Positions 37,771 through 48,500 of a stretch of DNA of 64,000 bases are shown here, in pieces. The notes beneath the pieces are model-generated. The model worked only from the letters and a program-made list of their open reading frames with translations. It did not search any database and was not told where the DNA came from. How positions within the stretch are numbered: position 1 is the first letter of the stretch; every line of letters starts with the position of its first letter. Origin of the DNA: Tubiluchus corallicola (Eukaryota; Animalia; Priapulida); contig JAQGDQ010000056.1 of the NCBI GenBank assembly GCA_030141605.1, positions 186,001 through 250,000 on the forward strand, given 5' to 3'. Both the position numbers and the translations under genes were made by a program.

Positions 37771-39674
37771 TAGTAATCAGTTTTTCATTTTGGAAGCTGC
37801 AGGACAGTACAAAGACTTTGGACAATTCAATTTAATATTCCAAGCTTTATGTTGTATCATTAACCGCTCTCTTTCTCTGCTGAGTGTTTGCATGAATATC
37901 GCCCACATATTAGTAAACTTAAAATGCAATGACGAACAAACTATTGTATATAGGGCTCGTCAATTATCTTTTTTTAAAAGGCAAGTGGCGACGATAAACT
38001 GAAATTACAAAACAGATAAACAAATTATCAGCAAAAAAACGCCAAAACATACAAGGACAGACTCTGCGTTCACAGTATCAAGAAACTTCAACCGTGCACA
38101 TTAAAGGAAGTGTAAATTGTTTTCGTGTTATTTTCGTTGCCAGATGGCAGCACCGTGCAGCATTCTGCTGAAAGAACTCAGCATTCTGCACAAAAGTCGG
38201 GCGTATTTATAACCTTATAACCTTTTAATTATAAAGATCCCGCAAAAGCTTTTCCATGCGGTAAAAAAGTTTAGATTTTGTAAACGCCGAAAACGCTTAT
38301 CAAGGTAAAGCAAACTTGCAATAGACTAATTTGTGAACAGGAATTGGGGTCGTTTTGCAGCACTTATACTTTATATGTATACATCACTTTATATGTATCA
38401 ACTATTTGACATGTATATACAGTATGTGTTCTGCCAATACTCATAACTTCATCATTAAGTTCTCCGCTCAAAATCTCCAACTGTTTTGTTAAATTTTGTA
38501 GCAATGACACGTCGCTAGTAGTAGGATACGTCGTACGTGGGCTGCCCAAGTAGGACACTAGAGACTGGTCACGAATTGAGTGGTTAACCATACTGTCAGC
38601 GTCCATAGCCCTTGTTTATTTAATAATAATAATTGAAAACGTCAATACATGTTGAATAATTTATTATACATCTCATAAAATAAAAAAATTATTCTCGGCT
38701 AGAAGAATGGCAAATATTAAATTTGGCTTCCATATTAATCTTTTGAAGTGAAATGAGCCCGATTTTACGCGATTTCAACATTTCCTTAATATCATTTTTT
38801 ATTTTGTCTCGCTTTACAGACAGGTGATCCGTTTCACTACTTCTTGGACAAGTAATTGCTTTCTAAGTAAAAGTTTCATTTTTTAGCTTGCAATTATTTC
38901 TATGATAAGTGTGTACATAGTTTCTCTCTTTAAAGCATTAGATGCTTAATTCAATTCAATTCAATTCAATTATTTATTATCTCCGTTAGAACGATAAAAA
39001 TACAGTATAAAGACTACATGGAATATTTTAAAGCAAAGGAGAAGGGCAGCGAAGAACCCGTAGGTTATCAAGTCATCCACCCTTAAATAGTTATGATTAA
39101 ATAAACTTAATTATGGCGTCGTTATCAATTTAAATTTGTATTCGGTTGATGTGTGTTAATTTGGCAATTGAATGATAGGTATCGTAATACTGTAGAACAT
39201 ATAGTTTAAATAACGAAAGATTTACAATTCTAAAATACTATGAATCATGCGAAGCAAACACAATAAAAATAACTTGAGATTTTTAAGATAACAGAATATG
39301 CATAATTTGAACATTAACTAAAAAATCCGGCAAAAAAACAAAACAAAAAAACAGTAGAATGATCAACCAAAGCTGTCGAGAAAAAAATATAATAGATTAA
39401 ACCAAGGAAAAATAAGGCAAATATAAATCATACAAAACAAAACAAGAAACAGAAGCAAATAAGAAAAACAAAACTGAAATGTTGTAATAATAACGTCAAT
39501 GACTGAATTTGTCGAGAAAGAAAATATAATAAATTAAACCATCGAAAAACTATTTCAACTGTAAATCAGACAAAATGAAATCAAAATATAACAAAAACTT
39601 AAACAAAATCTTTAAGTGTCGTAGCAATGAAAAAATATGTATAGTATTACAAATATATAAGCAAAATGTCTCAT

Positions 39675-42600
39675 TTATTTGTATCCTGCAATAAGTTGTT
39701 TTTTATAGTTTAAAATTAACTTTTTGTAGTTACTGGACTTTAACTGGTCTGGTAATGAATTCCACAGCAAAGATCCTTGGTGTTTTAAAGAATTCTGGCC
39801 TTTACATGAGTTAAATCTTTCAATAAAATAAGATTGGGTTGTAGCAAACCTAGTAGAGTGGTGATGCATGTGACATGCTAAAGTATAATAATTGCTGAAG
39901 AGATCTGGAAGTGAATTATTTTTGAATTTATGTACAAACTTGAGCAATTCTAATTTATACAGATCATGAACTTTTAGTAGATTTAGTTGCAAATACAAAG
40001 GTGTTACATGTTCCCTTTTGCTAGTAAATGTTATAAGTTTGATAATCTTGTTTTGTTTAGAAACCAATGATTTTAAGACCGATGCTGAAGCACTACCCCA
40101 GGCGAGAATGCCATAAGTCAGATATGGCATGACAAGAGAAGAATATAAGAGCCGTAGTGCATCTACATTTATGTAGTGTCGCATTCTAGCTAATACTCCA
40201 CTTAATTTGCTAATTTTGTTGACTATATGCTGAACATGTGTTTTCCAAGTAATTCTACTATCTATAAATATACCAAGATATTTGATTTCTTGTGTAGATT
40301 GAATAGTACAACCTCCCATGTTTCGGTTTAAACTATTGTTATGTTGCTTGTTTCCAACTAACATATATTTTGTTTTTTTATAATTTATCGATAGCTTATT
40401 TGCTTGCATCCATTTATTAATATTGTCCAGTTCCACATTTACTGAATGTTCTAATGTTTTGATATTTTGGTGTGATAAAAATAAGTTTGTATCGTCTGCA
40501 AACAATCTGATGTTAAATTGCGAACAAGATGGCAGATCGTTAATATATAAAAGAAATAACAATGGACCCAATGTAGAACCCTGTGGGACACCACAGGTTA
40601 TATCAGCAAGTTTAGATTCCGATGAGTCAATAGACGTAAACTGTTTCCTATTAGTAAGGTAAGACGTGAAAAGCGCAAGAGGACGTCCCCTGATACCATA
40701 GTATGATAACTTATATAACAAAATGTCATGTTGTACCGTGTCGAATGCTTTCGATAAATCTAAAAATATAGCACAAGTAGTTTTCCCCTTATCAATATTC
40801 GCAAGGAAGTTTTCAATTATTTCTGACACAGCTAAAGATGTAGAATGATTTTTTCTGAATCCAAATTGGAATTTAGTTAAAATTTGTTCTTTTAAAAGAA
40901 ATTTAGCTAGCCTAGAGTAAATTAATTTTTCAAAAATCTTTGATATGGGAGATAAGAGAGATATTGGCCTATAATTAGTGGGATTAATGGGAGAATCAGA
41001 TTTGTAAAACGGGATTATTTTTGCAATTTTCAACACGTCAGGATAGATACCCTCTTCTACACATTTATTGAACAGCATAGTTAATAATGGAGTAATAATG
41101 GAGTGTGAAATTTTAAAAAACTGATTCGAGATGTTTTCGGGTCCTGCTGATTTATTGGTTTTCAATGCAGCAATAGCAGAGGAAACTTCGTACTCGATAA
41201 TTGGCGCAAAAAAGAAGGAGTTCTGATTAGGCATTCTAAGGAAAGAATCAAATGTTATTGGAGTAGGTGGTACCTTTTTTACCATATCAGAACCAACCGT
41301 TGCAAAATAATTATTCATGAATTCACAGATAGCAGGGGGTTCCGTAATCTCAGCATGATTTATTACTAGTTTGGTTGGAGTTATGCGCTGCTTGTTTTGT
41401 CCATTGATCAAATCATTCAATGTTGCCCAAGTCTTTCTAATATTAGTTTTATTATCATGTAGTAAAGTACAATAATAATTTCTTTTGGCTAAATTTATGA
41501 GATGATTAAGTTTATTAGAAAATTGTTTATATTGATTAATTTTTAAGATACTAGTTGTAGTCTTACAGTCCTTGTATAATCTACTTTTAGTTTTTATTGA
41601 CACAAGAATACCTTTAGTTAACCATGGCTTGGAGAAAGTTAGTTTTTCAGTTCTTGACAATGTCTTAAGTGGGGCATGTTTATTAAGAACTTCTTGATAT
41701 ATTTGGAAAAAGGTACAGAAGGCAGAATTAGTTGGCACCTCGGAAAAGTCAACAGCATCGATCTTATTTTGCAAATCCTCCAGAAATAAAATCATGTTAA
41801 AATTCCGTTTATCCCTGATTTTAATTTTCTTTTTAACTATTAAGTTACCAATATTTTTAATAATAGCAAACACTGGTAGATGATCTGACACTTCATAAAG
41901 TATAATACCAGATATAATTGGATTAGATAGATTATTTGTATATATATGGTCAATAAGTGTCTGAGAATGGTGTGTTATTCGAGTTGGTCGTGTTACTAAT
42001 GGAAAAAACTGATTAGAGTAAAGTAAATTCAAATAATCTGCAATAAATGTTTTTTCCTCTATTTGCATAAGATTTAAATTAATATCGCCACAGATATAAC
42101 AAGTCTTTCCTGACTTGTTAATGGCTGATAATATAGAGTCCATCTCGCTGTGAAAATGATGGACATTGGTATTTGGGTGTCGATAGATCACTCCAAATGT
42201 GATTGGTTTCTTTTTACCAGGTACTTCAACATCAAGCCACATATCCTCAACTTGTATACATGATTTTTGAGTAATGCTATTACCATTCTTACTAGTAGTT
42301 ACTATTTCTGTATCACAATTAATTTTGTACTCATCTTTTACTGTATACCTCAAGCCCGATTTAAGATAAATAGCTACGCCACCTGCGCAAGTTTTAGAAT
42401 CAACATGCAAGAAAGTATAGTTAGGTAAACTCGTTATAAAAGATTGATTAATTTCGTTCAATCTTGTTTCCGATATTCCAATAATATCAGGAGGAACAGT
42501 AAAGTGCATGAGTACATCTAGCATATTAGAAAATCTCTTCTGAATACTATTGAGATTAAAATGTACTATTAATAAATCATTGTTAGACTTTTTTAGATCA

Positions 42601-42971
42601 GAATTTGTCTCTAGTGCATGCAAACTATAGTATTTACTATCAAACCTGGTAAGATGTGCATCAGGATCAGCATCATCCCATTTTGGTTTTGCGAGTGAAG
42701 GAAAATCAAGTAAAGAAGACAGACAGTATACATTTGTTAGATTTGAAAACAATTCGCATAAATCAGCATCATCAATACACTGAAAAGGCAAAGATTCATT
42801 TATACATTTTAAACAAAAGTAATTATCAGAAGACAGAGCATAGTGATTAAATTCATTCACATTCAGCATGGTACACTTGAGGTGTACCCACATGTTACAA
42901 ACGTCACAACAGATACATTTTTGGTTATTTTTACAAGGTTTACAACAGGTTACACATAGAAATTTTTCCAT
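39675..42971 (-). CDS. LINE ORF2: PHD finger + AP endonuclease + reverse transcriptase, 1098 aa, uninterrupted
   Basis: N-terminal C4-H-C3 PHD (CVTC..CDVCNMWVHLKC..CLKC); APE motifs ISETRL, GGVAIY, CGDIN, SDHLP; RT motifs [40 protein letters not shown]. Confidence 0.97.
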   Translation of the reverse strand: MEKFLCVTCCKPCKNNQKCICCDVCNMWVHLKCTMLNVNEFNHYALSSDNYFCLKCINESLPFQCIDDADLCELFSNLTNVYCLSSLLDFPSLAKPKWDDADPDAHLTRFDSKYYSLHALETNSDLKKSNNDLLIVHFNLNSIQKRFSNMLDVLMHFTVPPDIIGISETRLNEINQSFITSLPNYTFLHVDSKTCAGGVAIYLKSGLRYTVKDEYKINCDTEIVTTSKNGNSITQKSCIQVEDMWLDVEVPGKKKPITFGVIYRHPNTNVHHFHSEMDSILSAINKSGKTCYICGDINLNLMQIEEKTFIADYLNLLYSNQFFPLVTRPTRITHHSQTLIDHIYTNNLSNPIISGIILYEVSDHLPVFAIIKNIGNLIVKKKIKIRDKRNFNMILFLEDLQNKIDAVDFSEVPTNSAFCTFFQIYQEVLNKHAPLKTLSRTEKLTFSKPWLTKGILVSIKTKSRLYKDCKTTTSILKINQYKQFSNKLNHLINLAKRNYYCTLLHDNKTNIRKTWATLNDLINGQNKQRITPTKLVINHAEITEPPAICEFMNNYFATVGSDMVKKVPPTPITFDSFLRMPNQNSFFFAPIIEYEVSSAIAALKTNKSAGPENISNQFFKISHSIITPLLTMLFNKCVEEGIYPDVLKIAKIIPFYKSDSPINPTNYRPISLLSPISKIFEKLIYSRLAKFLLKEQILTKFQFGFRKNHSTSLAVSEIIENFLANIDKGKTTCAIFLDLSKAFDTVQHDILLYKLSYYGIRGRPLALFTSYLTNRKQFTSIDSSESKLADITCGVPQGSTLGPLLFLLYINDLPSCSQFNIRLFADDTNLFLSHQNIKTLEHSVNVELDNINKWMQANKLSINYKKTKYMLVGNKQHNNSLNRNMGGCTIQSTQEIKYLGIFIDSRITWKTHVQHIVNKISKLSGVLARMRHYINVDALRLLYSSLVMPYLTYGILAWGSASASVLKSLVSKQNKIIKLITFTSKREHVTPLYLQLNLLKVHDLYKLELLKFVHKFKNNSLPDLFSNYYTLACHMHHHSTRFATTQSYFIERFNSCKGQNSLKHQGSLLWNSLPDQLKSSNYKKLILNYKKQLIAGYK

Positions 42972-43027
42972 TAATTAATTATGCTAGAATATAAATTTTG
43001 TGATGCAATAACACCTTGTATTGAGTT

Positions 43028-43971
43028 TTAAAGTTTACCTAGGTCCTCCTCACATTGAATTTCAATGACTTGGCTTGAATCATCTCTTCGCAAGAACATT
43101 TTCCCGTATTTTGTCCAGCAGTACTTCATTTTGTGGTCCCTAGCATAGTCCCTACATTGTTTGTGTAGTTTTCTCCTTGTTGAAGTCAAGGATTCGTTGA
43201 TGTAGATGCGGTTATCAGTATACGATGCATAGTCAAGATTTTTAGTGCTTCCGGCATTTCTTCTAGCACCATAAAGTTCATCCCGTTTGTCACGTCTTGC
43301 GAATTTTACAATAATTCGTGGAGGCCCTCCATTTTTAGGTGCTGCCAATCTATGTGATGTACTAATATCTTGCGGGTGCACTTCCACTCCCATATTTCTG
43401 GCTGCACTTAGCACTATGTCATTTGTAACTTCATGAGGAATTACAGGAATTCCAGCTATCTCCAATGTGTCTCTCCGCTCATATTGTTCTAGTTTGTCTA
43501 GTTCACTTTCGGTAGTTTTTATTCTGTTTTGTAATGTTTTAACAGTAGTTTTCAGTACCTTGTTTTCGTCTCTCAAATGTTCCATGTCTTGTTGATACTT
43601 GTTCATTTGTTCTTGAAAACCATCAAATTTGTGGCTTAGAAAATCTTGCGATTTGGTTACCTCAGCAAGTTCTCCCATAAGGTCATCAATCCTCACAACT
43701 TTGCTACTAATAAACTCAGTTGCTTCTGGAAACCTTCTACAAATTTTTGAATGTCTGAAGTAGGCTGCACTTGTCCAGCTAAATTAGATGCTGAATCCAA
43801 GGTTATTTCCGCTGTATTACAAGCACTCATTTCTCTGTCACCTTGTTGTGTAGGCATCAGCTGCTCAGTTTGCTGACTAATCACTCTCGGATTCTTCTCG
43901 ACCCGATTTAGGCATAAATCTTCAGACGTTTTGCTTGCCTGGCGTGTCAATACTCCTACTCGTTTTGGCAT
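43028..43971 (-). CDS. LINE ORF1 (coiled coil + L1-ORF1p/FP25K-like RRM-CTD), split by one frameshift near 43695
   Basis: MPKRVGV... (ATG 43971) stops at TGA 43693; the overlapping -1 frame gives a coiled coil, LEQYERRDTLEIAGIP, HRL, PRIIVKF, IYINESLT, YCWTKYGKMFLR. Confidence 0.88.
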
Positions 43972-45586
43972 TAGCCTTTGCAAAGTAAATTCTGATTAAA
44001 TTAACTGCTATTCCACTTATTTTAACAATTTTGTTAACTTTTGCAGTAATTTAAAAAAAACACAACCGCCATGTACAACCGCCTTAGTTTAATGTTATGA
44101 TGAGCTAACAATAATGATGATATTATTGTAAAAAATACATTAAATTTTTAAATTGTGAAAGACTATTCATCATTATTATAAAGTTATTTTTTTCTAAAAC
44201 AAATTTAGTTTTATGTTTTATTATGTCACAATTCTCGATTCTCGATTGGGCTGCCCATGTACTTCACTGCTTTTCCGCAAATTTAGCACATGCGTTTTAG
44301 CGGACGTCTCCTATTTTGGCTAGTGACATACTCCATTCCCTACATGCACAATTTGCAGCAAGCCACTTGTTGTTTGCCGAGTCATATAATATACATTCCT
44401 TTTTGTAAATTTGAATTTTGATTAAGGTTGTATTATAAAAATGGATGTAAGAAAGGATGACTCATATGTAATGTGGACTTTTCATTTTTAATGTGCGTGG
44501 TTATATTACAATGGTTCATTCATATGCTATTATTATAGTTTAATGGTACTCACCATGAGACCGCGACTTCTTGTCGTTACCGAAACTTGTGGGCGAGTTG
44601 TGCCCAGGAATGGATGCACTTTCATTTTTGCTGTTTTCTGAAATGGTAGGTGTCGTGCCGCTGCTCTTCCTAAACTCCACTAAAGATTTTCCTCATTGCC
44701 TAAGTAATGAAGTAATGCGGAGCCCATTTATATCATATTACTCATGTTATGCCTGTTACTTTTTACAATAGACGTGAGTGCTGCCCACGTTCGTTTTTTT
44801 ATGAAAATTTTTTTGACAGGCTTTATGTGTTTTACTCGGAATACTGAGTTTTCAGATGGCAATTTTGCTGGAATTATGTAATATAATATATCTATATGAT
44901 GACAAAATCATATCAAGTGTACATACTGAAAAGACCGAGTGAGCGCTGATTATTACTATCATTATTACTTATGAGTAATTGTAGCTCGATTAATGGCAAT
45001 TAATTAGTAAGATAAGAATGTAAAAAGGTAAGATTGTTTAAGTTTTTTAAGTTACAGTTTAAGAACTCGAATATACGCCAGTCTGGCGTTTTGATAGCAC
45101 AAACGTCAGAATCAACCATCTTGCTTCGTTTGCAACCATATACTTGAACTTTCTTTTTTTAGTTTTTCAAACATCGTTGCATTCGTTAAAGAAACATCAG
45201 CTATAATCGTTAAAACAAAATTCCCAGGATCAAATAACAATGAAGTGATACCTTATAATATGTGTCATTAAATTGCTACATAATTTCGGAAACACATTGA
45301 AAGAATTTTTTCTGTAACTAGAGCAATATTGATATTATAATCTCTTGTGTGACAATTGCGTATTTTAAAGCATTGCATTATAACTGTATGGTGTATGTAA
45401 TAGTTATAAGAAACTGACATGGTCAGTGAAAATTACCAGGCAAAAATCATAAAAAGCTTGAAGAAAAATTGTTTTTCACATGCTTCTTAATAAGGAAATT
45501 CAGTTCGTATTGCACTACATGTTATTATAAATTGAGCTTATTTAATTTACCTGCTGCATTTTTATAGATATTTAAAGTTGGCTGTC

Positions 45587-48500
45587 ATGGAACTAGAGGA
45601 ATGGAGTTTACCATTGGCATTTAATCAGAAGCGACATCTTGAACTGATATCTGGATGTGAAGAAGAAGCAGAAAAATGGCGCATGAAGGAACGCATGAAA
45701 ACCGTCAGTGTTGCCCTTGTATTGTGTTTGAATGTAGGTGTAGATCCGCCGGACATAGTGAAAACTCAGCCTTGTGCGAGACTCGAATGTTGGATAGATC
45801 CTCTCTCCATGCCTCCGCAGAAAGCTCTAGAAACAATTGGCGCTAATTTGCAACGTCAGTACGAGCGATGGCAGTCGCGGGCTCGTTACAAGCAGTGTCT
45901 TGATCCCACTGTGGAAGAAGTTAAGAAACTGTGCACATCTTTAAGAAGAAATGCCAAAGAAGAAAGAGTGTTATTTCATTACAATGGTCATGGTGTTCCT
46001 AAACCTACAGTAAATGGTGAACTGTGGGTTTTTAACAAGAGCTTCACTCAGTATATTCCTTTATCAGTGTATGACTTGCAGCAGTGGATGGGAACACCAT
46101 CAATTTATGTGTATGACTGTTCTTGTGCAGGAATTATTGTTGACTCGTTTAAACAGTTTGCTTCACAAAGGGAACAAGAGCTGGCTACTTTGAACGGTAG
46201 AGGTGCACTTACTGTGCAGCAGTCATATAAAAACTGCATTCAATTAGCAGCTTGTGCAGCAGATCAGATATTGCCGATGAATCCTGATCTTCCAGCTGAT
46301 TTGTTTACGTCTTGTTTGACTACACCCATTCGTGTCGCTTTGCGTTGGTTTGTTGTGCAGAATTCACGTCAGTTGGTACCAAATGTAACGCTGGAATTAA
46401 TTGAAAAGATTCCTGGACAGTTAAATGACCGTCGGACAATGCTTGGCGAACTAAATTGGATATTTACTGCTATCACAGACACAATTGCTTGGAATACACT
46501 TCCTAGAGAACTTTTTCAAAAACTCTTCAGACAGGATCTTGTAGTTGCTAGTTTATTTCGAAATTTTTTGCTAGCAGAACGAATAATGCGGTCTTACAGT
46601 TGTACTCCCATATCACATCCAAAATTGCCTTCAACACATCAGCATCATATGTGGCAGGCGTGGGATTTAGCACTTGATATATGTTTGTCTCAGTTACCTG
46701 ATATACTAAATGATAGTGTTCCTTATCGCCATAGCTTGTTTTTTGCAGAGCAGTTAACAGCTTTTCAAGTCTGGCTGTCTTTTGGTTCTCAAACACGAAA
46801 TCCCCCAGAACAATTACCCATAGTGTTACAAGTTTTGCTAAGTCAAGTTCATAGGTTAAGAGCACTAGAGCTGTTGGGTCGTTTTCTAGATTTGGGTCCA
46901 TGGGCAGTGAGTTTAGCACTGTCAGTTGGCATTTTCCCTTATGTATTGAAGCTTCTACAAAGTTCCGCTAGAGAACTGAGGCCACTGCTGGTATTTATAT
47001 GGGCGAAGATACTTGCTGTTGATACCACTTGTCAAGCTGATCTTGTCAAAGACAATGGTCACAAGTATTTTTTGTCAGTTCTTGCTGACCCTTGCATGCC
47101 TGCTGAACACAGAACAATGGCTGCTTTTGTGCTGGCTATCATTGTTAATTGCTACCCTCAGGGACAAGAGGCTGTTCTACAGGGAAACTTGATCTCTCTG
47201 TGTCTGGAACAACTGAGTGACTTTCACCCGTTGTTGAGACAATGGCTCTGCATTTGTCTCGGACGAATATGGACTGATTGTGATGCAGCTCGTGGATATG
47301 GAGTGAGAGACAATGCTCATATCAAACTGTATCCTCTGCTCACGGATGATATTCCAGAAGTCAGAGCTGCAGCTGTTCATTCATTAGGAACTTTCCTTAG
47401 TAACACAGTAGACAGAACTGATCATGCCAATACTATCGACCATGGAATTGGTATGCAGCTTATAGCTGTTACACAAGATGGGAGCCCTTTAGTACGCATG
47501 GAGTTAGTTGTGGCATATCAAGGTCTTGTCATGCAATTTGAGCATCAATTTTCAGCTGTGGCTGCAGCATTTATGGAAGAGGAGTCACACCGTGAAGGTG
47601 CATTACCTTTTTCTGCCCTGGAATCTAGCAGTATCCATTCACCTTCAGGAAAATTATTGCTGCGTGGTGCAGTGAGTGTTGCAACATTGCATCCTAGTGG
47701 GTCTAAGGGAAATCTCTTAGGCATGGTTCTTGGTTCTAGTTGCAGTCCTGAAAATAGTTCTCTCTCTGAAGGTTCTTTAGCTGAGCCAGCTTTTAGTAAC
47801 CTTCGTCATGTGTTATCTAGTTCTGCTATAGCACCAGCTGGTGGCCTTCTTCATGGAAACGTATATTCAAATATCTGGAGAGCGCTTTTGCTTTTAACAA
47901 ATGACCCTTATCCTGAAGTAGCAGAATTGGCTCGTACTCTCACAGGACTCATTAAACAAAAGGCTAGTCTGTTGTCACATAGGCCGCGTATATGTTCAGC
48001 TGGAAGTGCTGCTGTTTCAGCACCTGGAAGTCCTTTAAATAGATCAACATTAGCGGCCTCTCCTCCAAATCATATAGCTGCAAGTTCACCCACCAATGCC
48101 TCGAAACCTATATTTGAAATAGGAGAGGCATCACCTAAAAACCCACCATCAATGACTCCTCATGTTACAGTGCATTCTGCACACTTTGCTAGGACACGGA
48201 AAATGTTTGACACAGGCCCAGAAGTGATACGTGAAGATGCTGTAGAGGAAGCAACTCCAGTTCACCACAGACGTGACCCTGTGGTTACAACAGAATTCAT
48301 CCCATGGTGTTGCAAGTATTTCAGTCAACCTGTGATGAAACTCCCTGATGAACATGATCCAGAAAGTGAGTCACATCATCAAAGACATTGGAGGCTTGAC
48401 AGAAATACTTTGACACGAGAAGAAGGCATGCAGCAAGCACGCAGAGCTTTGTATTGCAGGCTGGATGATCAAGTTTTTATAAATAAGAATATACACGTAC

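Larger units (their letters stand above)
38949..44082 (-). mobile_element. Apparently full-length CR1/L2-group non-LTR retrotransposon (~5.1 kb)
   Basis: 5' GCGGTTGTACATGGCGGTTGT; ORF1 and ORF2; 3' UTR stem-loop at ~39042-39084; AATAAA followed by an (ATTGA)4 tail; candidate 4-bp TSD CTTA at 38945-38948 and 44083-44086. Confidence 0.92.

Noticed and set aside
43690-43760. Programmed -1 ribosomal frameshift in LINE ORF1
   Set aside because: No in-frame X-XXY-YYZ slippery heptamer found in the overlap; a 1-nt deletion or sequencing error is simpler.
45578-45586. TTG start for RPTOR given by the ORF track
   Set aside because: Bacterial-style start call; ATG at 45587 has a good eukaryotic context (GTCATGG) and fits the raptor N-terminus.
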